Source: an uncultured Gammaproteobacteria bacterium
GTDB lineage: Bacteria > Pseudomonadota > Gammaproteobacteria > GCA-001735895
NCBI GenBank assembly: GCA_947259305.1
Contig: CAMYML010000018.1
Coordinates: 1 to 58,971, forward strand
Direction of reading: 5' to 3'
Length of the DNA: 58,971 nt
Shown: one piece after another, positions 35,155 through 43,209 of the stretch
Position numbering within the stretch: the first letter of the stretch is position 1
Layout: every line of letters begins with the position of its first letter
Translations under genes and position numbers: made by a program
Notes under the pieces: model-generated
The model's input: the letters and a program-made list of their open reading frames with translations, nothing else
Databases searched by the model: none
Told to the model about the DNA's origin: nothing

Positions 35155-36546
35155 TTAAATCGGCGGCGGCCTAAAACCACCCATCAGGGTTTCAACCTGT
35201 TGCGCCAGCGCCAGCGCGATATCTTCACGCCAGGGGGCGGCGATCAATTGCACTCCGACCGGTAATCCTTCGGCACTGGTGCCAGCTCGTACCGATACCC
35301 CTGGCCAGCCGAGCAGGTTATGAATCTGATTGTAACCCCAGTCGTCGAAACTATCGTTATGCGAAGCCCGATGCGGTCGAGCGATAGCAAACGAAACCGG
35401 GCACAGAATGGCATCGTAGTCGGCAAAAAACCCGAGCGCCTGGCTGCGGGCCTCGTCGATCGCTTCGACTAGCGCCGGGTCAAGCTGGTTGGCGCTGGCA
35501 ATGCCCTGCTCGGTCAGGTAACCGCGCAGCTCTTCCCCGGGTTGTTCGGTGCCATGGCGTTGCAGCAGCCGCATAATGAAACCCGCGCTGGTCGCTTCGC
35601 GAAACTCGGTAGTCAGATCGACCAGCTGTCGCGTCTGCGGCAAGAGTTTTTCTTCGAGGTTAAAACCCGCGACGCGCAACGCCTTTGCGCTGGCGGTGAC
35701 CACGCGCTGAATATCGTCGACCGGGGTCACGATGCCATTATCGGCGTACCAGGCGATACGCAACTGCGAGACATCGACCGACCGCGGGTCACCCATCGGA
35801 ACCGGCACCACGGCAGGGTCACGGCCATCCGGGCCGCAGATCAACGGCAGGGCCAGGCTCAGATCTTCGACGTAGCGCGCCATCGGCCCGATCTGGGTCA
35901 GCGAATCCAGCACCCCCCCGGCATAGGGCACGATATGCCCGGTTCGCGGCGTACGCCCCGAGGTCGGCTTGATTCCGGCAATGCCGCAGAGATGCGCCGG
36001 CTCGCGAATGCTGCCACCGGTGTCCGACCCCAGTTCCAGCGCGGCGCCGCCGCAGGCGATGATTGCAGCCGAGCCGCCGCTACTGCCGCCGGGGCTGCGT
36101 TCGAGGTCGAAAGGATTACAGGTACGGCCATAAATCAGGTTGTTGGTTTCGCCGCTGAAGGTCAGTTCCGGGGTATTGGTTTTACCGAGCAGTACCGCGC
36201 CGGCGGCACGCAGGCGCGCCACCACCGGGGCATCCTGATCCGGCAGAAAATCCTTGCGCCCGAGGGTGCCGCCGGTGGTAACAATGTCGGCGGTATCGAG
36301 CGAATCCTTGATCGTAATCGGCACCCCGTGCAGCGGACCCCTGAACTGTTCATGGGCCGCCATCCGGTCGAGCTCATCGGCTTCTCCGAGCGCGCGCTCA
36401 GCCACCAGCTGCACCACCGCATTGATGTCGGGATTGACCTGCTCGATACGTTCGAGGCAGGCTTCGACGATTTGCCGGCAGGAAAGCCGTGCGTTGCGGA
36501 TTTCGCGCGCGATCCGGCGCGCGGACCAGTAGATAGCATCAGACAT
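35155..36546 (-). CDS. Amidase-signature (GatA-like) amidase
   Basis: 463 aa. It carries the catalytic Lys context VPITIKDS and the signature GGSSGGSAAIIA. It starts 18 nt downstream of the kinase gene. Confidence 0.88.
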   Translation of the reverse strand: MSDAIYWSARRIAREIRNARLSCRQIVEACLERIEQVNPDINAVVQLVAERALGEADELDRMAAHEQFRGPLHGVPITIKDSLDTADIVTTGGTLGRKDFLPDQDAPVVARLRAAGAVLLGKTNTPELTFSGETNNLIYGRTCNPFDLERSPGGSSGGSAAIIACGGAALELGSDTGGSIREPAHLCGIAGIKPTSGRTPRTGHIVPYAGGVLDSLTQIGPMARYVEDLSLALPLICGPDGRDPAVVPVPMGDPRSVDVSQLRIAWYADNGIVTPVDDIQRVVTASAKALRVAGFNLEEKLLPQTRQLVDLTTEFREATSAGFIMRLLQRHGTEQPGEELRGYLTEQGIASANQLDPALVEAIDEARSQALGFFADYDAILCPVSFAIARPHRASHNDSFDDWGYNQIHNLLGWPGVSVRAGTSAEGLPVGVQLIAAPWREDIALALAQQVETLMGGFRPPPI

Positions 36547-36564
36547 GATGCAATTATGGTTATC

Positions 36565-38076
36565 TCAATCCTGATTATCCAGCCTTGATTTGGCCGTCTC
36601 GAAGTAGGCGACGAACTCGACCCCGCGCACATCCAGCGGCGAGAACACCAGTTTAGAAGAACGTTTTCTGTTCCTGACATCGAGCACCCAGCGCGGTAAC
36701 CGGGGCTCGGCGGTATCGAGATGGAGGTTATCCTCGCCGGCACGCAGCTCGGAAATCAGCTGCGGTTTTCTGCTGGCCTGAGGACTGGCCTCGATGCTGG
36801 CAATCGGCGCCTCGTAGGACCATTCCTGGCGCTTGCCGGCCTGCGCCTCCGAGGCCTCGAGCCGGCACATCGGCCGGCCATTGACGATGACGATTTCGAG
36901 TTCGTGTTTATGCACTTCGCCATTGGTGAGCTTGACGCTGAGCGCAAAACTGCCAGCGCGGTTGTCGATATTGTCGAACTCGATCGAGCCCTCGAAACCC
37001 TTGGTGATTTCGTTGACAAAGTACAGGCCCAGGCCCTTGCCGTGATGCTCGCGAATCCGGCGCGACGAAAATCCGAGCTGGTAAATCTTGTCCTTTTCAT
37101 CCTCCTTGATGCGCGGGCCGCGGTTATAAACCCTGAACTCGACCTCGCCGCCGCGCTGCGCAAGCGAAATAGCGACCCGGCTGTAACGGTTGCGGTGCGC
37201 CTTCTGCTGCGAGTAAAACAGCGCGTTATTGATCAGGTTTTCAATCAGTAACACCATGTGGTTTTCGTTGCCGAGCATTTCGCTATCGCTGCGCAACTGG
37301 ATACTGAACTTGTCATCGGCATAGCTGCCACGCCCTGGCCAGTCCTGGTTGAGCCCGAGTTCGTCCGGATTTTCGGTTATCGGCAACAATGCACGCCGCA
37401 GCGCATGACTCATCATGAAGGTCGGTTCGAACGGCGCCGGCTCGATGTCGTCGTTGAGCTGCGCCTGGAAGAAATGCTCTTCGCAATCGTAGATCTGGTT
37501 GGCGACATGCAGCGCGATATTATCGGTGGTCGACAGATCCAGTAGATCCCACAGGTACAGCAGGCCATCGGCGGCTTCGCGATACTGCTGTTTTTCGCCT
37601 GGCTCGCAGGCTTGCTGCGCGTTCCTGAGCGCGGTCTGCGCCTTGTCGTAACTGATGACGCCATTGTGGCGTACTTCCGAGGCAATATTTTTGAAATGCA
37701 GGAATTTTTCATCGTACTCGATGGTTTCCAGCAGGCGTTCGCTGATAAACATTTTCAGTTTGTCGGCGTGATCGGAATAGGTGCGCGCGCGCGTGCCGAG
37801 TTCGCGTTTCGAATCGAACAGTTCGCTGATCTGCTCCTGGTATTGCCGCAGCTGTGCGCGGTAACGCCGGCTTGCCCTGGCAAAGCGCCAGATATCGAAA
37901 ATCACCAGTAACAGCAACAGCGCGGCGGCGGGCAGCACCGTGTCCTGCCGCTGCAGCGGCGCGGGCAGGCGCTCGAGCCTGAACAGATCGGCATTGGCGA
38001 GTGCGAATTGCCAGACGATAAACGCTATTGCGCCCAACATGCTAAACCAGGGGTAGTAGATACGCGCCGATTTCAT
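36565..38076 (-). CDS. Atypical sensor histidine kinase / GHKL ATPase (intramembrane-sensing topology, C-terminal extra domain)
   Basis: 503 aa. Two N-terminal TM helices are joined by an ~18-aa loop. The N-box (LIENLINNALFYS), a G1-like box (YNRGPRI) and G2 (GKGLGLYFV) are present. I could not see a canonical HisKA H-box. About 130 aa follow the ATPase domain. It overlaps the regulator gene by 4 nt. Confidence 0.7.
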   Translation of the reverse strand: MKSARIYYPWFSMLGAIAFIVWQFALANADLFRLERLPAPLQRQDTVLPAAALLLLLVIFDIWRFARASRRYRAQLRQYQEQISELFDSKRELGTRARTYSDHADKLKMFISERLLETIEYDEKFLHFKNIASEVRHNGVISYDKAQTALRNAQQACEPGEKQQYREAADGLLYLWDLLDLSTTDNIALHVANQIYDCEEHFFQAQLNDDIEPAPFEPTFMMSHALRRALLPITENPDELGLNQDWPGRGSYADDKFSIQLRSDSEMLGNENHMVLLIENLINNALFYSQQKAHRNRYSRVAISLAQRGGEVEFRVYNRGPRIKEDEKDKIYQLGFSSRRIREHHGKGLGLYFVNEITKGFEGSIEFDNIDNRAGSFALSVKLTNGEVHKHELEIVIVNGRPMCRLEASEAQAGKRQEWSYEAPIASIEASPQASRKPQLISELRAGEDNLHLDTAEPRLPRWVLDVRNRKRSSKLVFSPLDVRGVEFVAYFETAKSRLDNQD

Positions 38077-38879
38077 TTCGATTTATCGCCGGGCGGGCTC
38101 CACAGGTAGGCGCCTTCGTCACCGAAAGTAACGATACCCGCGCCATTGTTGCACAGCTCGGTAAAGCGGCCCTCGCCTTCCTCGGCCGCATCGAAGGCCC
38201 GCCGCAGCGTCTTGATGTGCTGCCGGTAGCTGGCGTAGGAAAATTTTTCCGGATCGAGATCGAGACGCTCGGCGATTTGGCCCGCGGTCAGCGGACGCGG
38301 TGAAGACTGCACCAGTTCGCGCAGCAGCTTGCGCGGGGTCGGCGCCAGCGGTCGGCGCGCATTGCTCGGATTCATCAGGCGCTGCCCTTTCCAGTAGACG
38401 TTCCAGGTATTCAGGTCGATCGTCAGTTCGCCGCTATTCACCACGTTAATGGTTGCGGACAGGTCTGAATCGATCGAAACCTGTCTGAGCACGGCCTTGA
38501 TGCGCCAGCACAGCACCTGCTCGACGTTATGCTGATGCTTGGCGATGAAATCGGTGGCCGAAAACTGTTCCAGTGCTTCGCGCTCGATCTCGGTGCCGCT
38601 GTGTTCCGACAGGTAAATAATGGGCAGGCGCGGCCACTTCTTGCGCAGCGCGTTGGAGACCGTGAAGCCGGCCTGATCGTTACCGTTCATACGCGCGTCG
38701 AGCAGCGCCACATCAGGCGGGGATTCCTTGTCGGTGAGCGCGATCTTTTGCCGCGCGGCCTCGGCAAAATTCAGGATCGTCAACGAATTCGGCTTACCGT
38801 CGAAGTCTTCTTTCTCCAGCACCGGGGAGAATTTCTTGATCCAGTGCGATTGGTCTTCGACCCAGAAAATGGACGCCAT
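38073..38879 (-). CDS. OmpR/PhoB-type response regulator (REC plus winged-helix domains)
   Basis: 268 aa. The REC domain has IFWVEDQ, the acceptor VALLDARM, YLSEH and FIAKH. The C-terminal part (ELTIDLNTWNVYWKGQRL...LTAGQIAERL...HIKTLRRAF) looks like trans_reg_C. Confidence 0.8.
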   Translation of the reverse strand: MASIFWVEDQSHWIKKFSPVLEKEDFDGKPNSLTILNFAEAARQKIALTDKESPPDVALLDARMNGNDQAGFTVSNALRKKWPRLPIIYLSEHSGTEIEREALEQFSATDFIAKHQHNVEQVLCWRIKAVLRQVSIDSDLSATINVVNSGELTIDLNTWNVYWKGQRLMNPSNARRPLAPTPRKLLRELVQSSPRPLTAGQIAERLDLDPEKFSYASYRQHIKTLRRAFDAAEEGEGRFTELCNNGAGIVTFGDEGAYLWSPPGDKSK

Positions 38880-39015
38880 CAGTAACCCGGCTGCTTTGTG
38901 TTGACCATAGATTGTAAGTATACAGCGGCCCTGATGAACTACCGTTTGCCTCTCCGGAATGTGAAATATTTCTTAGTAAAGGATATTTATTAAAAATTTT
39001 AGCTGTTTTACCCCG

Positions 39016-39034
39016 TTTTTCACCAATTTTTCAC
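39016..39034 (+). promoter_or_regulatory. Direct repeat TTTTTCAC-N3-TTTTTCAC (11-bp phasing); candidate response-regulator operator overlapping a -35 position
   Basis: The repeats are at 39016-39023 and 39027-39034. An inverted GTGAAA lies at 38961-38966. A TAGAGT -10-like hexamer lies at 39045-39050. All sit in the divergent intergenic region between the regulator gene and the AT-rich cassette. Confidence 0.3.
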
Positions 39035-39084
39035 AGCCCCTGCATAGAGTCCAGATTACATTTAACGAAGTTGAGGTTAGGCCC

Positions 39085-39255
39085 ATGTTTATCGAAGTAT
39101 TTAGAGCCTGGTCAATGGTATTAGCCATGTCTGTCGCCATCTGGCATAGCGCAAGTATCGCCAGGCGCTATGGCTGGAATATGGGTAAAAACGCCTTTTC
39201 CCTGCAATATTGCTCGATACTCAGAATCCCGAAAAGTGACAATTACCCACTATAG
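39085..39255 (+). CDS. Small hypothetical membrane peptide (56 aa)
   Basis: It is below the ORF-track size cutoff. A GAGG RBS at 39073-39076 sits 8 nt before the ATG. The product is MFIEVFRAWSMVLAMSVAIWHSASIARRYGWNMGKNAFSLQYCSILRIPKSDNYPL, with one hydrophobic helix. The call is speculative. Confidence 0.25.
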   Translation: MFIEVFRAWSMVLAMSVAIWHSASIARRYGWNMGKNAFSLQYCSILRIPKSDNYPL

Positions 39256-39338
39256 GATTGCCGAGACAGCCTGGTTTTCCAGCGAAAGGCATCTATTCTC
39301 TACTATTCACAACTACTTATAAGATTAGGAAGATAACC

Positions 39339-40739
39339 ATGAACAATCTTTACTTTTTACCAGAAATGCCTGGCGTTTCGATCGCAGTCTGGATAGTTGC
39401 GAGCATGGTTTTCCTGTTTTTGGCCAGGGAACCGGTACACAAAATGATTCAGGCATTTTCCGACGCCACCGCGGGTGGTTTAAGAAAACTGGCCGAATGG
39501 ACAAAAACTACCGCGCAGGCCATGCGCGAAAAAGACAGAAAAGTCTTGTTGGAATCCGGGGTTGCCAAGATTCAGGGCGAAATCCTCCAGGAATTCACCA
39601 AAATCGAGATGGCCAATACCAAGAGCCTGGCCGGGTACCCCAAGTTACAGTTAAAGCTCGACGACAACATCAGTCAGATCGAGCGCGACTACAAGGAATG
39701 CGGGCAGGTAACACCCGAAGCGCCTGGATGGAGTGAAGTCATCGAAAGTATCGGCAGGGCGCAGGGTTCGACCTCTGACCGGATTATCGAAAACATGCTG
39801 TCTGAAATACACAAGTCAGCGGTCGACGGGGAAAAGAAAGCGCTGTCTGAATTTCGCGACGTCGCGGCAAAACGCCACAAGATACTAGGCTCGATGGCGC
39901 CGGTCTGGAAGCGCGTCGAGAAACTGGGCAAGGAAATCAATAGCCAGGTCGAAAAGGTCATGGAAAACGGTCGTAATATTGAAAAATACATGGCCCGCTA
40001 CGAAAAAATTTCCGCCGCCGAACCCGAATCGATTGATATGCTTTCGTCGAAAGTAACCAAGTTGTTCATCATTTCACTGATTGTTATTTGCGTCGGACTG
40101 GTGGGCGCATTCATCAACTTTAACCTGATTGCGCTGCCCATGTCCGAACTGGTACCCGCCGGGGTACGAGTCGCCGGAATGGCGGTATCGGAAGTATCGG
40201 CGCTGGTTATTGTCGCGCTTGAACTGGTCCTGGGCATATTCATGTTTGAAGCGATCGGCGTGACTCACACCTTCCCGCAAATTTCGAATATGACCCGGGG
40301 TAAGCGCAAAATCATCCTGTCTGGATGCCTGCTTGGGCTTTTGTTCCTGTCTACCGTCGAAGCATCGCTTGCAATCCTGCGTGAAAATCTGGCCGAGGCC
40401 AAAACGGCGCTGGACATCAGTCTGGCTGGAGAATCGGCAACGGTTATCGACAACGTCAACTCAAAAATCACCCTGATTGGACAAGCATTGCTGGGTTTTG
40501 TGCTGCCGTGGATACTGGCGGTAATCGCAATTCCGCTGGAAATGTTTATCGAGGCCAGCCAACACGCCTTCGCCAAGATATATACCATGCTAATCACCCT
40601 GCTCTGCCATCTGGCCAACGCGATCGCGTACCTGGTAGAAGGGTTTTTTAATATCCTGTCGCACCTGTTCGACATCTACATCATCATTCCCGTACAGATC
40701 GCCAACATGTTCACCGGGAAACGGGTTAGCGCAAGCTAA
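39339..40739 (+). CDS. Polytopic membrane protein with a large K/E-rich coiled-coil domain, function unknown
   Basis: I trimmed the start to the ATG at 39339, preceded by an AGGAAG RBS 7 nt upstream; this gives 466 aa. Layout: TM1 (VSIAVWIVASMVFLFLA), a ~225-aa soluble helical region, then 4-5 TM helices. I did not recognise a family. Confidence 0.7.
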   Translation: MNNLYFLPEMPGVSIAVWIVASMVFLFLAREPVHKMIQAFSDATAGGLRKLAEWTKTTAQAMREKDRKVLLESGVAKIQGEILQEFTKIEMANTKSLAGYPKLQLKLDDNISQIERDYKECGQVTPEAPGWSEVIESIGRAQGSTSDRIIENMLSEIHKSAVDGEKKALSEFRDVAAKRHKILGSMAPVWKRVEKLGKEINSQVEKVMENGRNIEKYMARYEKISAAEPESIDMLSSKVTKLFIISLIVICVGLVGAFINFNLIALPMSELVPAGVRVAGMAVSEVSALVIVALELVLGIFMFEAIGVTHTFPQISNMTRGKRKIILSGCLLGLLFLSTVEASLAILRENLAEAKTALDISLAGESATVIDNVNSKITLIGQALLGFVLPWILAVIAIPLEMFIEASQHAFAKIYTMLITLLCHLANAIAYLVEGFFNILSHLFDIYIIIPVQIANMFTGKRVSAS

Positions 40740-40754
40740 CCAGGGGAAGATAAG

Positions 40755-41426
40755 ATGGAAAAGATATTAAAGCCTGTTTTGTTTGCAGTATCGATAGTGG
40801 TGGCCGTTTCAGCCTGTTCCGATAGCAAGAAATATGAAACATCCTATTGTACGCTGGCCGATATATCCGGCACCTACGCCGGTGAAAAGGCCAGCGTGGT
40901 CAAGATAATCAAGGCCGGCATAGTGCCGGAAATGATTCCCGGCGACAGCCTGTTCTTCATCAAGATCGACAGCAACAGTTATGCGGAAGAAAACCTGGTA
41001 ACGAAAATGACCCTGGATTACAGGCCGACGACGGCGAACAGCCAGAAGCTGGCCATCGCAAAAACGCTGGACGATTTTGGCAGAGGCAATGCCAGGTCCA
41101 GGCTGACCGATATCAGCGGCGCATTAATGCTTTGCTCCGATTATCTGAAATCGACACAATCCGGAACCCAGGTAATGTTCGTTTTCAGCGATATGAAAGA
41201 AGAACTGCCATCGGGCGTGGTACGCAAGTTTACCGAGGATGAGTTTGCGGGCATCGACATCGTTGCCATGAATGTCATCAAGCTCAACAAGGACAGCTCG
41301 AATCCGGAAGTCTATCGCAAGCGGCTAAAATCCTGGAATGAGCGCATTATCAATTCCGGCGCCAGAAGCTGGCAAACCATGATCGACGCGACCAAGATAC
41401 AGGAATTTATTTATCAAGTTAAATAA
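40755..41426 (+). CDS. Lipoprotein with vWA-like motifs, function unknown
   Basis: 223 aa. A lipobox is present (VAVSAC|SD). There is a MIDAS-like DISGT, then TDISGALMLCSDYL and VMFVFSDMKEE, in the usual vWA spacing. A GGGGAAG RBS is present, and the gene starts 15 nt after the previous stop. That it is a CDS is fairly safe; the vWA assignment is tentative. Confidence 0.6.
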   Translation: MEKILKPVLFAVSIVVAVSACSDSKKYETSYCTLADISGTYAGEKASVVKIIKAGIVPEMIPGDSLFFIKIDSNSYAEENLVTKMTLDYRPTTANSQKLAIAKTLDDFGRGNARSRLTDISGALMLCSDYLKSTQSGTQVMFVFSDMKEELPSGVVRKFTEDEFAGIDIVAMNVIKLNKDSSNPEVYRKRLKSWNERIINSGARSWQTMIDATKIQEFIYQVK

Positions 41427-41475
41427 CCGCTCCCCCATGGTTAATTGATAATAACCTGCCTTTTCATGTTGCACG

Positions 41476-41499
41476 CCCCGCGCAAGCGGGGGTTTTTTT
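41476..41499 (+). terminator. Rho-independent terminator of the membrane-protein/lipoprotein operon
   Basis: CCCCGC (41476-41481), loop GCAA, GCGGGG (41486-41491), one G, then T7 (41493-41499). Confidence 0.75.
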
Positions 41500-41550
41500 A
41501 CCTGGGAGCCGCATGACGGGACCCGGGGCGCAGCCTTTGCCAGCAGCCAG

Positions 41551-41841
41551 TTGGTGGGCGCCTATAATGCGTTGCTGGAAGGCGCTCTCCGGCAACTCGA
41601 ACAATGCCCCGCGTTTGCCGGCATCTCGATCAAACGTCTAGATATCTTCCGCATTCTCAACGACATATCGGCAAATCCCGGCAGTTTCGGTATCAACGAA
41701 GTCGAGTCGGCCTGTCTGAGTTTCGGCGTCATCGAGGTCCATGGCGGTGAGATCTGGCTTGAGTCCGATGGTCCAGGGCACGGCAGTACCCTGTCTTGTT
41801 ACCCTTGCGGACGCGGAGCAATTCGCCGTCGGGCAGCATAA
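41551..41841 (+). pseudogene. Chimeric gene remnant: SGNH/GDSL-lipase internal fragment joined to a histidine-kinase C-terminal fragment
   Basis: AYNALLEGALRQL...LDIFRILNDISANPGSFGINEVESAC resembles the conserved block of GDSL esterases just before their catalytic C-terminus. It is followed directly by IEVHGGEIWLESDGPGHGSTLS, the G2/C-terminal end of HATPase_c. Neither part has its N-terminal portion. Confidence 0.45.
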
Positions 41842-41936
41842 AGATCCGATAGTGAGCACTTAACCTGACCCAGATCAATGTTCCTTTTCCTGGAACAGGT
41901 AAAAACGCTGCTTACACGACCACTTGAGGATAGACG

Positions 41937-42152
41937 ATGGCCAGAACAATCAGACAGCAAATTCTCAGATGCCCGACCCGCAATCGCGATGTCGAGGTGT
42001 CCTATATCGCTTCCGGCCGCTGGTTCGCAACCCGGTACGAAATAGTGTCCTGCCCGAGCATGTTCGATGGCCCGGGAAGCTGTCACCGGCAGTGCAGCCC
42101 GCTGTTGTCGCGCCCGTCGAATTTCATGTCACAGGCCCTGACCCGAATTTAA
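41937..42152 (+). CDS. Small Cys-containing hypothetical protein (71 aa)
   Basis: A strong GAGGA RBS at 41926-41930 sits 6 nt before the ATG. Four Cys are present (CP...CP...CHRQC), which could form a zinc ribbon. I did not recognise a family. Confidence 0.35.
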   Translation: MARTIRQQILRCPTRNRDVEVSYIASGRWFATRYEIVSCPSMFDGPGSCHRQCSPLLSRPSNFMSQALTRI

Positions 42153-42199
42153 AACGCCGCGATGCCGCAGCGTCTCCCTTCCGCCAGAGAATCCCGTAA

Positions 42200-42540
42200 T
42201 CTTCAGCGATCGAACCAGGACGACTATCCATAAAACTGCCTTGCCACGGCATCGACGGCGTTGGTGAGAATTACAGCCAGCAGGCACTGACCGACAAGAA
42301 TTATTTCATGGCGCCCGCGCTTGACGCGTCCGCACATGCCTGGCACCACAGCGACGCGGGCCTGGTGAAATCGATACGCGAGGGATCGCCTCGCACAAAG
42401 CGCATGGCGGCATGGCGGCATGGCAAGAAGCTGGCGTCAGCGCCGAGGATGCCGCCGACCTGGTGGCCTATATCAAGAGCCTGTGGACCCAGCGCGAGTT
42501 CGACTGTCAGGGTCCGAAACACATGCAATGCATGCAGTAA
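42200..42540 (+). pseudogene. Class I cytochrome c remnant: 5'-truncated and frameshifted by an 8-bp tandem duplication
   Basis: Frame 1 reads ..KLPCHGIDGVGENYSQQALTDKNYFMAPALDASAHAWHHSDAGLVKSIREGSPRTKRMAAW. It has no start codon, no signal peptide and no first Cys of CxxCH. After GCATGGCG x2 (+GCATGGCA) at 42402-42425, the natural C-terminus QEAGVSAEDAADLVAYIKSLWTQ...* continues in another frame. Confidence 0.55.
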
Positions 42541-42584
42541 CGGTTATCATGACGGGTATCGATTCAGCGAACTACGAGTAGAGC

Positions 42585-43199
42585 ATGTTTTACAAGACTA
42601 GCGAACACCATGGCCTGCCGCATAATCCATTCAAAAGTTGCGTCGCGCCGCGACCCATCGCCTGGGTGAGTTCACTTCATCCCGACGGCACGATAAACCT
42701 GGCGCCCTACAGCTTTTTCAACGCGCTCACCAGCGACCCGCCGATGGTGATGATCTCCTTCAACGGTTACCACGAACACGGCGGCGAGAAAGATACGCTT
42801 TACAATATAAAGGCCTGCGGCGAATTCGTGGTTAACATGGTGCCGCTGACCCTCAAGGACGCGATGAATGTCACCACCGCCAACCTGGCACATGAAGTCG
42901 ACGAGCTCGCGCTGGCCGGGCTTAGCACCGAGGATTCGCAACTGGTCAAACCGCCGCGCGTCAAGGAATCCCCGATACACCTGGAATGCGAATTTTTTAA
43001 AGAGATCCAGCTACCCTGCACCCTGCCAGACAGTATCAATACGATGATCATCGGCAGCGTACTCGGGGTGCATATCAGCGACGAAGTGCTGGTCGACGGC
43101 CTGGTCGATTTATCCCGCATCAAGCCATTGGCGAGGCTTGGCTACATGCAATACACCTCGGTCGACGAGTTGTTTGCCATGGCACGCCCGGACGACTGA
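42585..43199 (+). CDS. Flavin reductase-like (FMN-binding split-barrel) protein
   Basis: 204 aa. FKSCVAPRPIAWVSSLHPDGTINLAPYSFFNALTSDPPMVMISF is the typical flavin_reduct domain core. Confidence 0.85.
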   Translation: MFYKTSEHHGLPHNPFKSCVAPRPIAWVSSLHPDGTINLAPYSFFNALTSDPPMVMISFNGYHEHGGEKDTLYNIKACGEFVVNMVPLTLKDAMNVTTANLAHEVDELALAGLSTEDSQLVKPPRVKESPIHLECEFFKEIQLPCTLPDSINTMIIGSVLGVHISDEVLVDGLVDLSRIKPLARLGYMQYTSVDELFAMARPDD

Positions 43200-43209
43200 C
43201 GGCGTCTCT

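Noticed and set aside
35542-36588. 348-aa plus-strand ORF
   Set aside because: It is antisense to the amidase gene, its product is Arg/Ala/Gly-rich nonsense, and it contains no motifs.
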